Source of the DNA: Antedon mediterranea
Lineage: Eukaryota; Animalia; Echinodermata
Length of the DNA: 64,000 bases
Reading direction: 5' to 3'
Assembly (NCBI RefSeq): GCF_964355755.1
Contig: NC_092674.1
Coordinates: forward strand, 30,628,001-30,692,000
A program made the translations under genes and the position numbers. Below, piece after piece: positions 20,781 to 35,200 of the stretch; within the stretch, counting starts at the first letter, position 1; the number at the start of each line of letters is the position of its first letter. Below the pieces are notes generated by a model. It had not been told where the DNA came from and did not search any database. It was given only the letters and a program-made list of their open reading frames with translations.

Positions 20781-23700
20781 ATGAGAAGATCAGGATTGAG
20801 TTGGGCTTTAATTTTACTAATTTTACTTGGATTTGCTTTTCCGTCAGTCTCATGTACATATGACTCGTACGCAAGTAATCGGAATAATGAGAAAAATGTT
20901 AATGTAACATATATTGAGGAAGTTCAAAAAGTGAACAAAACTCATATTATTCAATCTGCTAAATATCTTATACCACCAAATCTTCCAAAGCATGTGTTTG
21001 GTATTCTTATACAACCGAGTGAAAAAAAAGGTTGTAAAAATGAAGATTATTACAAAAATGGAAAGTTAAAATTACCACCAAATAATGAACAGTGGATTGC
21101 TTTAGTTACGGACGAAAAATGTCCTAACTCCCAGAATAGTAACAACATCAAAAACTTTGAAATAAAAAGTGCGGTAGCGCAAGCGCTGAACGCATCCGCT
21201 TTGTTAGTATACGGTTCTCAAAGCTTCCACAACAATCGTCAAACTCAAAGCATCAGTAAGTTTTAACTTTTTTTGTTCATGACACTTTTTAAACCATTCA
21301 TCATTCACTAATCAATTGTCATCTTACATCATCAAGTCTATCAACATCATCTTACATCATCAAGTCTATCAACATCATCTTACATCATCAAGTCTATCAA
21401 CATCTTACATCATCAAGTCTATCAACATCATCTTACATCATCAAGTCTATCAACATCATCTTACATCATCAAGTCTATCAACATCATCTTACATCATCAA
21501 GTCTATCAACATCATCTTACATCATCAAGTCTATCAACATCATCTTACATCATCAAGTCTATCAACATCATCTTACATCATCAAGTCTATCAACATCATC
21601 TTACATCATCAAGTCTATCAACATCATCTTACATCATCAAGTCTATCAACATCATCTTACATCATCAAGTCTATCAACATCATCTTACATCATCAAGTCT
21701 ATCAACATCATCTTACATCATCAAGTCTATCAACATCATCTTACATCATCAAGTCTATCAACATCATCTTACATCATCAAGTCTATCAACATCATCTTAC
21801 ATCATCAAGTCTATCAACATCATCTTACATCATCAAGTCTATCAACATCATCTTACATCATCAAGTCTATCAACATCATCTTACATCATCAAGTCTATCA
21901 ACATCATCTTACATCATCAAGTCTATCAACATCATCTTACATCATCAAGTCTATCAACATCATCTTACATCATCAAGTCTATCAACATCATCTTACATCA
22001 TCAAGTCTATCAACATCATCTTACATCATCAAGTCTATCAACATCATCTTACATCATCAAGTCTATCAACATCATCTTACATCATCAGGTCTATCAACAT
22101 CATCTTACATCATCAAGTCTATCAACATCATCTTACATCATCAAGTCTATCAACATCATCTTACATCATCAAGTCTATCAACATCATCTTACATCATCAA
22201 GTCTATCAACATCATCTTACATCATCAAGTCTATCAACATCATCATACATCATCAAGTCTATCAACATCATCTTACATCATCAAGTCTATCAACATCATC
22301 TTACATCATCAAGTCTATCAACATCATCTTACATCATCAAGTCTATCAACATCATCTTACATCATCAAGTCTATCAACATCATCTTACATCATCAAGTCT
22401 CTCAACATCATCTTACATCATCAAGTCTATCAACATCATCAAGTCTATCAACATCATCTTACATCATCAAATCTATCAACATCATCTTACATCATCAAGT
22501 CTATCAACATCATCTTACATCATCAAGTCTATCAGCACCATCTTACATCATCAAGTCTATCAACATCATCATACATCATCAAGTCTATCAACATCATCTT
22601 AAATCATCAAGTCTATCAACATCATCTTACATCATCAAGTCTATCAACATCATCTTACATCATCAAGTCTATCAACATCATCTTACATCATCAAGTCTAT
22701 CAACATCATCTTACATCATCAAGTCTATCAACATCATCATACATCATCAAGTCTATCAACATCATCTTAAATCATCAAGTCTATCAACATCATCTTACAT
22801 CATCAAGTCTATCAACATCATCTTACATCATCAAGTCTATCAACATCATCTAACATCATCAAGTCTACAGTATCAACATCATCTTACATCATCAAGTCTA
22901 TCAACATCATCTAACATCATCAAGTCTATCAACATCATCTTACATCATCAAGTCTATCAACATCATCATACATCATCAAGTCTATCAACATCATCTTACA
23001 TCATCAAGTCTATCAACATCTTACATCATCAGGTCTATCAACATCATCCTGTCTATCAACATCATCCTGTCTATCAACATCATCCTGTCTATCAACATCA
23101 TCCTGTCTATCAACATCATCCTGTCTATCAACATCATCGTAAATAATCAAGTCTATTAACATCATCTTACTATACAGTACAAACCTCCAAATATTTAGGG
23201 ATAATATAATGATAGATCAATTCAGATCATAGAGACATGAGGTTTATTTAGAAACATAATTATCAACTTTAATTTCAGATTTGCAAATTCCAGTAATTCA
23301 ATTATCGAAAAGTGAGGGTGAGGATATTTCTAAAAAAATTTCTGGAGACGATAAGAGGATATGGGTTGATTTGCAGCCGTCATTGAATTCTAAAGTTGCA
23401 ACTCCAATACGAAAGTCTTCAGTATTATTTGTGTCTATTTCTTTTATTGTTTTGATGGTCATATCTTTAGCATGGCTGGTGTTTTATTATGTACAGAGAT
23501 TCCGATTTGCACAAGCTAGAGACAGGACACAGGTATGCAACTTTCATTTATGTTATTGATATAGATAAGGCATAACTAGATTTTTGTTGGAGGGCTATCA
23601 TTTATATGCATATTGCGATTCGCAAAAAAAGAGAGCATCTCTCAACAACATTTAAGTCTACTAGATCTTAAACCCGAGTAATAATTAATAAGTACATGAG

Positions 23701-26700
23701 ATCAACAAATACACACTAAAATATTAGATTTTAATTTAACTTCTTGACAAATGTCAATGGAAACCATCCTATGCTGTTCATCTAAGTGAAACCATCTCAA
23801 TACACCACAATCTATTAACTACTTCTTCAAATTTTTGAAAACACCAATGTTAAGCTCTGTCTACACTATCAAAGTGTGACAAAAATGTGATGTGCCCCTA
23901 TATGGACAATGATGATGTCATACAGTATCACTACAATATTTAAGCATATCACTACCATATATGGGTACATCACACTTTTTTGTTACATAAAGTTTAATAG
24001 TGTAGACAGAGCTCTTTTGATTCCATTGTCAATCTGCTGAATGCCCTTGAATAATCTATAGAGGGCAGCAGAGTTAGACTGGCTTTATCTTCTGTAATAA
24101 CCATTCCATTATTATGCCAGTAAAAATGTTACAAATAAGGGTATATTAAATTTATATTGAAAAGATTTTTATGATTAGATCATATTATTGAAATATTTAT
24201 CACTACCCTGATAATAGTATGTTCCAATCCAAGTCAAGGTTTAGTGTTTTAGACAATCAGTTGATTCAATGTTACACTGTTGAAAGGAAATATTGTCTAT
24301 TGATTATAGGATGTTCCAATTCTATTCCAATCCACTTCCTTTTGTGAGCTTACTTTGAGATTGTTTAAAACAGAATATATTTACAAGCTGTGTGTCTGCT
24401 GTTAGATACTGTACTATAGTCATCATTCACCAGAAAATCAAAAGAAAGTGTTGTTACAGATGATGAGTTTCTAAACATTAGAAACCACTATCAAAAGCAG
24501 ATAAAATGTGTCGGACTTGTGAATTGATTTATTCTGTGTTTTGGTTTTTTAAACAGAAACGTCTTGGAAGGGCAGCAAGGAAAGCGATTGCGAAGTTGCC
24601 GTCAAAGTCTGTCAAAGAATGTGACCTGGTAAGTTTGTTTTTGTTTTTTTTTTCTATTTATAGGACTAATTCACCCTAGAAAATTAGGAATGTGCTATAA
24701 AGTAGCATAACATTTACCATAGAGTAACATTTACTCGTTAAACATTTCAAAACTAATGTTTGCTTTTGAACTATAGTTAGTTTTTAGTTTAGCAAAGGTA
24801 GTCCCTACATACTGTACAATGCTTGAAGCGTGATCTGCTAAATCTGTTTAAACTCAAGTTTTTAATAATACCAATTTGCTTTCTTGATGGAAGTAGGTTA
24901 GTTACTCATTTTGCTTGTTTTTTAAATATAACTAACTAGCAAAGGTTTGCTAGTGCATAAAAAAGGAAAAATTGTAGTGGAGCTGTATCTTGGTGGTTAA
25001 CGTGCTTGCCTTCCAATCCCAAGGTCCGGGGTTCAATCCTGACCTAGTGCCAGGGTTTTAACTCACTGTTTCAACTCCACTCTCTAACTAATCCTCAAAT
25101 GAGACCTAGTTTATAAGCACGATATATTCTGAAATAGTTTATCCATCCTGTAATTGGCGAGTTTGTGCTTGCTGTTGGATGTGTATGAAATAACAAAATG
25201 TTTAACACTGTATTGCAAGTAATATAATAGGCAATTGTAGTGTATTACTATTATGTGTGTTTTTAGACATGTCATACTGTACATAGATTAGTTGTACAGT
25301 CCTTTGTTATTGAATACATATGCTGCTTTTGTGCTTATTAAATAAAAAACCGGGCTGTGTAATTATATAGATTGTATTTTTATTAAAAATTTAATCCAAA
25401 AACATTAATTTTAAATTGGAATATTTTTTAATTAGACTACCGTGCATATTGTTATGAATAACAATTTGCAAGGCGGTGTGTTCAACATTGCCTATTGTGT
25501 ATGGCCAACTTTTGACCTTGATGTCCTTATGTGCTTCCTAAACTGAATATTTGTTGTCTAGCTCAATTTTATTACTGCCTTTTTTAATGAAGGGTGCCTT
25601 CCTTCTAATTATAGATTAGATAAAGCATGGAGAATTTAAATCTTCATCTTGGATTGTTTAGGTATTCCTTGTACTGATTTTGTAATAGCCTAAAGTATCT
25701 TTAAAATAAAACCAATCTACCTTCCATTTTTCTCAACATGTTTCTCTGCATTCCATTTTTTCAATGCATTTCTGTTTTTTCTTTGCAATCCTTCTATTAC
25801 GAGATAGGCCTAAGCCTCTAAGGCTTGGTTTCCACTAGCACTAGAGGACGTACACACAAAGTAAAAGTTGACCAAAGACAAGCGACAGTTTGATTATAAT
25901 CCAGTGCTTTTGATTGGTCAAAACTCATGCGTTGTGTTTATGTCCTTGCATTGTGGGAACCAAGCTTGTATGTTATATCAGAAATGATATACTTTCTAGT
26001 TTAAGTCTTATTTATTTTAAAGGCCAGAACTCGATAGGCGACAGCTTGTTTTTTGTCTTAAAGACCCCTTCCCTGCAATTTTGGACGTTTTTTGGAAAAT
26101 AATACATATATATCACTTTAAAAACATTAAACCATGTCATTCCTTGTCTTAAATGTACGTTTTATGGTAAATTATGATAAAAAGTGAGAAACAATGCACT
26201 ACCTAAGTAGCTCGCGGCGATCAACCTCTCGTGGACGATCTTAGGCCTAGCCTAGCTAGGCTTAGTTTTGTAGGCCTAGCTGGTAAACATCGGTAACGTA
26301 CGAACATCGTACGCTAGCTATATACCTTGCCTGACGTTGTATAGTTGCTGCATTAATTGTCTTTCTATTTTTGCCAGACTCCATTGATACAAATTGGGGA
26401 AAACCCGGTATTTTCGCTGAAAAGTTAGGAGTCTTCCATTTGTTTTGGCCTCACGATCGATCGAAAAGTGGGCGAATTACAGGTGAAAAACAAAAATATC
26501 AATCCGCGCGCAATGCATTTTGGGATTTATAGCGGGCCGCTATAATTATTAGAATCGACTTATTTTTCACATTTTTTACCGTTTAAAGACGAAAAAAGTT
26601 ATCGCAATAGGACCATATAGTATTATTTTTACATTAAATATAGTTTGTGATCTTAAATTAGATCTAAAAAACGTAGGGAAGGGGGCTTTAAGTTATGATT

Positions 26701-28503
26701 TTTTATATTTGAGAAATAAAGAAAGCCGATAAAAGATTATTATAAAGACAACTGTGCATTAAAGTATGAAGATTAAATTTGTTATTCTTCAGGACTTTGA
26801 TTATGAGAATTGTCCAGTTTGCCTTGAGAGTTACAGGACAAATGACAATCTAAGGATTTTACCATGCAAGTAAGTGACATTATGATTGTGTTCATTACTA
26901 ATTTTCAAGGAGTTAAAATACTCCATCACTTGTGATTGGTCAAATCACATTGCATTACGTCGTTGTGTGTCGCATCTGTATTAATCAAGCGTTAACAAGA
27001 AACCAAATGTAGGCAAAGACTAAAAAAATGAGTACAAACTAAGTACTAAGTACTAACAAATGTACTCATTTCTTTTTGCATTCTTTGGATTAATAAACAA
27101 ACTGATGATATGCTCTTTGACAACCCTTTGCAATATACAATTATTAAAAAATAAGAATTATGTGCTGTATAGCACCCTCTTATTAAATCGGTGACAATTC
27201 TTTTGTTTGACCATAAAGTATCAAGAATTTTCCTTCCAATGTCTCAAGGTAACCAAAGCAAACCTTAAAAGCGGTTGACAAAATGAAGCTTGTTATCCAC
27301 CAATATGGTGTGATGATGAAGTTATGTTTGTTATTACTTAATACTTACTGAATCTTTTAATCACTTAGTCTAAGTATTAAATTACCTCTTTTTTTTTCAA
27401 TTTTGTCTAGACATTATTTCCATAAACATTGTGTTGATCAATGGCTTATAGAACACCGGACTTGTCCAATGTGTAAACTCAATATTTTAAAAGCATTAGG
27501 TTATCAGGTATGTACAGTACTATTCATTTTGAAATGTTTAAATGCATAATTATAGTGTAGTATGCCAACATTATTATTTTGTCAGCTAATTTGGCTGAGG
27601 TCATACTGCTATGCGCTGAACCATAAAGGTCATATTGTGCACTGAACTGTGAAGGTCATAATATTTATTTTATTTTTATTTTATGTCTTTAGGCAATGTG
27701 GCCAAGGATTACCAATAGTGAATTAATCACTGTCCTATCAGATAGGTGGTAATCCCCCTGAAACAGGGGCTATTTTGTGAACCAGTTCACCGGGGTAACC
27801 CCCTACTCTTTTCGAATAATGAACTGGGTTCTTTAAAGTGCACACAGGTTATAACTGTGTACACTGGACCTACGGTTTATAGTCCTTATCCGAGAAGACT
27901 TGTTCCACCACCAGAACTTGGAGCGAGTCGGCCTCGAACCCTTGCCGATGTTGTTGGCTCTTTAGGTACGGTAAATGGCGCCCCTGCCTTAACCGCTCGG
28001 CCATTTGACTAATGCTGTTCACTTAACCATGAATGTTTCTTTTATTAAAATTATCAAAGCAGGGAAGAGTGAATTCCCTGATCAAAAGTGGTATGAACCT
28101 ACTGTCTTTCAAATTGGATGTTAAGCTGTAGGTCCTATGTCTGCCATGCAAAGGAAAGATACTGTATTCTTCGAGTTAAAGATTGCCCCAAGAGTGTCAT
28201 CTGAGAGATATCTATACTCAATCCAATCTAACAACAGAAATAAAACACTTTTGGTTTTCCTTTTGTTTTCAGCCCGCTTCTAGGCCGAGTGAAGATACAT
28301 TTGCAATAGAGATTGCTGAGCAGGCCGTCATGCCCATGTCTGACAGTAGTGGTATTTTAGTTGTTCATTTAGAGAGTATTCAGTTTAACCCTATATATAG
28401 TAGACGTCTTAGTTCATCTAGCTGCTCACATCTGATGGGTCAAGGAGACAGCTCAACCAATAGTAGCAGTCAAGATAGGTCACAAGATGAACAAGGTAAT
28501 TGA
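20781..28503 (+). CDS. PA-TM-RING E3 ubiquitin ligase (RNF150/RNF149/RNF130/goliath family). Exons 20781-21255, 23279-23532, 24557-24628, 26793-26869, 27411-27507, 28273-28503.
   Basis: Signal peptide and PA-like domain ([19 protein letters not shown]). Diagnostic [36 protein letters not shown]2 CPVC...[30 protein letters not shown] junctions are in phase. Confidence 0.92.
21318..23170. repeat. 28-bp satellite (>60 copies) in intron 1 of the RING gene
   Basis: Unit tcttacatcatcaagtctatcaacatca. Near the 3' end it decays into an 18-bp sub-unit, cctgtctatcaacatcat. Confidence 0.97.
23853..24013. mobile_element. Harbinger-like MITE, AGCTCTGTCTACACTA family
   Basis: TIR agctctgtctacacta / tagtgtagacagagct. 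Further copies at 29749-29884 (TTA TSD), ~31052-31190, 47137-47298, ~53415-53509 and ~57565-57676. Confidence 0.8.
24977..25200 (+). mobile_element. tRNA-derived SINE, degenerate
   Basis: tRNA-like head tggtggttaacgtgcttgccttccaatcccaaggtccggggttcaatcc with A/B-box similarity. Confidence 0.55.
25820..25966. mobile_element. Palindromic MITE (GCTTGGTTCCCACTAG family)
   Basis: ggcttggtttccactag ... tgtgggaaccaagct, with internal ttgaccaa / ttggtcaa. Confidence 0.7.
26062..26687. mobile_element. Kolobok-like non-autonomous element
   Basis: TTAA on both flanks. TIR agaccccttccct / agggaagggggct begins with two purines (AG). Confidence 0.7.
27680..28004 (-). mobile_element. tRNA-headed SINE with Deu/Nin-like central domain
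   Basis: Minus strand: tggccgagcggttaaggc (A box), gggttcgaggcc (B box), then cttctcggataaggactataaaccgtaggtcc...gcactttaaagaaccc...ttcgaaaagagtaggggg, and an A-rich tail. Confidence 0.7.
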
Positions 28504-28559
28504 CATGGTTTACTGGTAGGCAGGAAGGGGGGCCTGCCCTGTATTTTTTTTTATTTATT

Positions 28560-28720
28560 TATTCGTACTGGGTAACCCTCTTCAGTCAAACACTAGTCTC
28601 CCAGAGGGCCCAGTTATGATCAGTGACTGTGTGTGTACTAGTACACTGGGGTAACCCCCCTACTTGTCTCAAAAGATGTACTAGGTTCTTTAAAGTGCAC
28701 ATGAGCTGGTTTATAGTCAT
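28560..28720 (-). mobile_element. Truncated Deu-type SINE in the 3' UTR region of the RING gene
   Basis: Reverse-complement match to the copy at ~59625-59770 (taaagaacctagtacatctt...gggttacccc...ctgggccctctgggagac). Confidence 0.65.
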
Positions 28721-29748
28721 GGGTCCGTTTAGGGCCTAATCCAAATTTCCTCTTATGGATGAATTAAGCACAGAATCCTGCTAAGCATATTGAGTCTGCC
28801 TGATAATAAAAATAAAAAAAATAATTAATTATTTCATCAAACACAATATTTTATATTATTATTTTGAATGGACATATTTAAATTGTGACATAATCATTTT
28901 AAATTAGCATATATTTTTAAACAGGTTTTCAAGAGGTAATGGCAGTTGCTGAAATGCATCATGACGTTGAACCGATGGTTGAGGGCGGTGTTGTTTTGCC
29001 ACCTGGGTCATCATTAGTATGACACCGTCATTTGTAGCAGATGAGGGCAGTATTATTTTGCCGGTCAACGTCAATAATTCACTTACCACCAAACATTTTT
29101 ACTATAACATATATCAGACGCTATATATAATATGACATACTATAGTAATTGTAATGAAGTTTTGGAAAGATGGAGCATTGTTTAGCCACAGTCTCGTCAC
29201 TTGATTCTCAATAAGCTGTATCTCCACTATGACAGTATCATAGGCAAATTGAATAAAACAGCATCTCATGTGTATCACATGTGTTGCCCATATCATGGAA
29301 GGTTACTGCAAGTTAATAGTTAGGTTAGGGTCTATGATACAGGTGGCACATGTAAAACACATGAGGGCTGTATCATGCTTTCTCCCTTCTACAGCTCCCC
29401 ACCTCTCACCACCCCATCTCTGCCTATTCTTGTTTTACAAAGAAACATTCTTCTATATATAGTGTAGATTTAAAGTTAATTGACTGACATAATTTAACAC
29501 TAATAGCTCTATTGAGTAAATGAAATAAAGAATCTTACCATAGAACTCCTATCAAAGTGTGCTCCACTTGTAGTGTTACCTTGTTTGTTTCATAGGTAAT
29601 TATCCCTTAATAGAGATGTGCCCTGTTGGGTTGGCTGTGTTAAAATAACTCGTCCTCTTAATTTTTAAAAATGTTTCACAGGAGTGTTTCTACTACATTA
29701 CAATCTTTTCACACTCAAAATCATTCAAATCAAAGAGTAGTAATCTTA

Positions 29749-29884
29749 AGCTATGTCTACACTATCCAAATTTATGTGACCATAAATGTGATATGCCCAT
29801 ATATGGACATGATGATCATATCACTACAATATTTGGGCATATCACACTTTTTTGTCAAACTAGTTTTATAGTGTAGACAGCGCT
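29749..29884. mobile_element. Harbinger-like MITE
   Basis: agctatgtctacacta / tagtgtagacagcgct, with TTA on both sides. Confidence 0.75.
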
Positions 29885-30736
29885 TTAGATACTACACAAA
29901 TGTATGGTTTAAAATATGTATAATAATACAGATTTATTATTGATTTATGATATACACATATATTTGTATTATAATGTTATTAACTGGAAGTGACATTGTA
30001 TTATGACTACTTAATAAAAATCAAATTATCTTTAAGCCAAATGAATGAAGAAAACAAGCTGATGGTGCTATAGGTAATTTGCTATAGGTACTTTGCTATA
30101 GGAAAATGTGTGTGTACTTGGTGCGAATGGAATGTTTAAGTTAGGGTGGGGCAAGTTAGTGCTGGTACGGACTTGTTATAGGGTGGTAGAATGGTATTTG
30201 GGAAATATTTAGTTCCCAGGACAATCCAACAAAACATAGCTAATGTTATTGCCAGCTTGGGGTGAGTAGAGTGACCCAGGCTGGCAAGTGCTGTGTAAGG
30301 TTTCCACAGGTCAAGCCAGGTCAAACACCGGATGATGATTAAAATAAAAAGGGCATTGTAGCTTGTTATGGCCATTATACTTTAAAATGCATTTAGTGCT
30401 CATATCATGATGGTATTATACTGGTCAAGGGTCAAAGGTTCTATATTATATCATATCAGTAGAATAATGTAAAATTGTAGATCAAAACTGAGTGAGTAGG
30501 TTGCTGACATTAGAGACAGAATTTACGTTATGTATCATAGTTCGAAATTATTTTTATACCTTCCCTAACTAATGAATAATAATGAGCTAACTAATCAATA
30601 TTAATGAGTTTGGCCTATATGAGTGATTTTGACAATATTAACCCTACAACTGCTATTGAATTAGAGTAGGATATGTACTCCTATATTATATACAAAAAAA
30701 TCACTTTACTTTACACATATTACTTGCTTACCTCCT

Positions 30737-30912
30737 AAGGGATCGTATCAAAATTAACCTACTGCAGTTACTGCAGTAACTATGTTTTTTCAATTATAGA
30801 GGTTTATGAGGAGTAAACAGTAAAACAATAATTGTATTATAAGGTTAAGAGTAAACAAAATATAGTCACTGTACTGCAGTAACTGCAGTAGAATAATATT
30901 GACATGATTGCT
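30737..30912. mobile_element. Small fold-back element with tactgcagttactgcagta motifs
   Basis: Inverted tactgcagttactgcagta / tactgcagtaactgcagta with degenerate termini. Confidence 0.45.
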
Positions 30913-32296
30913 AACTATTTACAGTTTGCTAGGGTATGATACAAATAAACATCTGGTCTGTAGTTGCAAACCTCCCCTATTGTGTTTAATTTTAGTTGCA
31001 ATAATTATACTGAAAAAATGCAATCCCAGTTCACATACAATGAATTAGCTTAAGCTCTGTCTACACTATCAATATTTATTTTACAAAATATGTGTGATGT
31101 GCCCATATATGAACATGTGATGTCATATCACTACCATATTTGAGCATATCACTACCATATTTGGGCACACTTTTTGATAGTCATGTATACAAAGCTGTAT
31201 ATGTTCACATTTCTTGTTCACAAACCCACACCCTAAATTGTATATGTTAACGCAACTGTTAAACAAAATTCAAGACTCCCCATTTATACCTCCCCAACTC
31301 GACCACACCCAACCCCTCCTACTCCATTCCAAAAGTTAAAATTGACAATCGTTTTAGGCCGAATTCAAAAACCTCTCTTGCCATGTTTATTGAAGGAATG
31401 CAAAATGTAATCATTAGATAGATGTAATTAGTTACTAATTTATACAGCCAATATGTTTATAGTTTTTAGATTGACTATATTTTAATTATTATTTAAGCTG
31501 TGGTATATACGACAATTCTTCCCAGGCCCGTATCGCTGCCCGTATGCGCCTGTTGCGTTTTACGGAAGACAGTGGCGCGTTCCGCGTGAAACGCAACAGG
31601 TGCGTTTTTCGTCGGTGTGTGGTGGGCGCACGACGGAGAGTTAAAGCGTTACCAGCCGTCTACAAACATATGTTTTATACGACCGCGCGTTAATTTGTTG
31701 ACATAGTCTAAGGTCAGTGGTGGAATGATAGATAGGCTGTATATAAAATATTTTAGACAGTAAAGTTTTGTGTAATGCTTGCATATGAATATAATTTGAA
31801 AGTAGCTTACAGAGAAACTGCTATAATGTGAACTAAAAAGAGCGTGGTTAAGTTAGTGTAAACATATCATACCTCACTAGTACTAATTAGTTTGTTGTGG
31901 GGGATAAGATTCTAAAATATGGACAAGTTAAATATGGAACGTCGTCTCTCAAATATCAATCTTCCGTTATCATTACAATGAATAAATACAACAAAATAAT
32001 GCAAAGTAAACTTTGGTGTTTAGTAAATTTGTTTTCGTCTCCTTACTTGGTTTTTTAAAAGCATGCACAAAAGAAAGAATTTTTTTTCCGCGTGTATGCG
32101 TACCGTACGTACGCAGAAACGGAATGACGCGTCTCATTGGTTACTATTCCATGGTAACCTTGTACGCTGCGCCGTCGTCAACGAAGAGAGAGCGGACACG
32201 ACATATACAAAAAATAAGCTTCAAACTTAATATTTACTTCTCTTTTTGAATTTGTTATTTAAAATGTGATACTGTAATTAAAATAAAATCAGCTGG

Positions 32297-35200
32297 ATGC
32301 CAGGTTCGTCTTCGAATGAACATTTAAATCATAATGCTGCTGGTGGTGGTGGCAAACAAAAGACGGGGTTTAAAGGAGCAGCTAATTTGATCAAAGCCGC
32401 ACGTAAAGTTGCCTGGACAACGCCGAACTCATCGTGGCACGATATACAGCAGTGAGTAGTGTATAATAATAATAATATTTAATAACGTATCATATGGTAT
32501 CAGAAGCGGCGGGTTAGGTGGGGTTGAGCTCCAAATGAGTACCCAAGTATTAGTAAATCCTTTCCCCACAACATTGAAATAACAATTTGTTTGACACAGA
32601 TAAATGAAAGGCTAAAAGCTATTTTACGTAAAGGCCCATTTACACTAGGACGATAACGATGGACGATAAATATATAAAAATGCATTTTTTTTACATAAAA
32701 CAAAATAAATTAGGTTTTCGTTCTAGAACTATAGGATAATCATTTATGCTGTCTTTGATAGAAATAATATTTTTAAAATTCCAATCAAATGACGTCATGA
32801 TAAATAAAAACAATAAAATCGTTGTATTGTCACGATATTATTGCTCTTACTAATCATGACGTCATTTGATTGGACGTGTGAAAATATCATTTTCATCAAA
32901 GGAAGCATAGGTCATTCTATAGTTCTAGAATGAAAAGTTTTTAGGCCTATATTTGTTTTATGTATGAAAAATGCACATATTGTCTATTTATCGTCGATCG
33001 TTATATCGTCCTAGTGTAAATGGGCCTTAAGCCTAGTTTAATTCCTTGTTTTTGTTTATTTGATATTAAAATTTGAAATATTCACTAGGCCTAGGCTTAA
33101 TATACTGTAAAATTTTTTATAAATTTCAGGAACGGTTCAAACCAAGGATGGGCGTCAATTTGGTATCATAGACGGGCTAATCGCCGGTAAATACCTGGTT
33201 ATATTTAAAACAACAATCAAATATAATAAGGTTATATACATGATATAATAATTAGAATATTTAATATCCGTCTTTTTTGTTTTTATTTTTTTTAAACAGA
33301 CCTATTATAGTATACTAGGCCTACTATTGTATAGGCCTGTTTATTATTATTTCAATTGTCATTATGCCTAATATTACATTTAACAGTGTTATAATTGATC
33401 GATAATCAATAGAAATTACTTTAATTCAATCCAACTTAATACGCAGTAACTGTATTAATCGATACATAGTCCTACTCTCGTACTGTGGTGAGTTACTTAA
33501 GTTGTTACCATAGCAACATGATGCTAAGCCGTGACAAGTAAACAAATAGTTCGGTTGTAAATTACTTATTTCCTGTTATTTTCTACAAATAATTCAAAAT
33601 TTGTATTAATATGTTTTTTTGAATATTTTATTTGATTAATTTAATTATCATTCATAATTTATTTTAGCCGAATGAATTCGGCGGATTACTCTGCCCTGGG
33701 TAATCAGATTCTAAACCGAAGTAAATGGGGCGAAAGCACGGGTCGTGCTGACCGCGATAATCGCTTCAAGTTCAGCAGTGAGATAACATACGATGAACAA
33801 AAACTTTTGGACTTGGTAGGCCAGCAGCCTAAAGCAGCCAAAGGCATGCCACATGTTAAGAAGTCCGGACGTATTATTAGACCAACATCAGCTAATGCTA
33901 AACTTCAGTCTTATTATACTGTGCCTAACAACTTCGATGAAGTTCGTCCCGCTACAGCGGCAGGGGGTTTGGTATATAATGGGGACAGACCAGGCCACAA
34001 ACTTCAATCAACTAAGTCACGACAGGGGCTAACGTCGGCCTGTTGGACTACCAGACAAGAAGATGATTTTGGTAAGATTGATACTCAAGTTCGACGGCTA
34101 AGTATCAGTGGTGCAGACGGTATAGCAGATAGGCAAGAAGAGAATGCTTATACAACTAAACGTACTAGAATACAAACTGCTCAAATATTGACTGGTTCAA
34201 AGATAAAGGTAAATAATAATTGGGGGTATTTTGAGGCTAGGTAAGTGGGTATTTTAAAGCTAGGTAAGGGGGTATTTTGAGGCTAGGTAAGGGGGTATTT
34301 TAAAGCTAGGTAAGGGGGTATTTAAAGCTAGGTAAGGGGGTATTTTAAAGCTAGGTAAGGGGTATTTTAAGCTAGGTAAGGGGATATTTTAAAGCTAGGT
34401 AAGGCAGGGGCGCAGCCAACAAAGAATTAAAGGGGGGGTCAACCAAATATGTGAGTATTTTGCGAGCGAAGCGAGCAACCATGGGCTGGGGGCCAGGGGG
34501 CCGCCAAGGGCCCCCGGTCGGGGTCCAGGGGGCTTCGCCCCCTGGAAGCTTTGGCGGTCTAGCGCAATCTAGATCATTTGAATCGGTTTACGCACACACA
34601 AATATGACAATGTTAACACTAATAAACTGAAACAAAGAAAACAAAAAACAACTCTCATTTTCATTACAGAACATTTTTATATTCCAGGCTGCCACAGACA
34701 AACACTTTTTTTCTTGCTTGTTTGTTGATTTGTGTAGAGAGGCTGTAAACTCAGGAGGAATTATTTGAATTCCTCCCTTTTCACCAATAAAAAAGTTGCA
34801 TGAAATGAACGTAGAGTTACAAAAGTTTGAAAAAAGAAATTAGAATGATAGCATGGAGTGATATTATTAAATGAGAACCGTAAGTTTAGAGTTCATACAC
34901 TGTGCAAGTCCAAGAAGCTATCTTGGCTCCGTGTGTATGTGAGACGCTTATCATACCCAGTACATACAATATTTTGTTAAAAAATACACCTATTTTGTTC
35001 GAATGTATAGTATACAGTAGGTGATAGCTTATACATAATTGTAATAACTAACTTCTAAATTATTATCATACATTTTACGTTAGTTACTATAACGGCGCTC
35101 TAGACATCGCGTGATGCATCTTTAAACACATAAGTTTGGAACATTCTTCTTGGCTTGGAGACAGAATTCGCGAATGACATTCTCTGTATTAATGTTCATG

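Noticed and set aside
21316-22602. 428-aa ORF
   Set aside because: Translation of a stop-free 28-bp satellite inside an intron, with no ATG start.
24977-25050. tRNA genes here, at ~8820-8885 and at ~27930-28004
   Set aside because: A/B boxes only, no intact cloverleaf, and each is followed by SINE body sequence.
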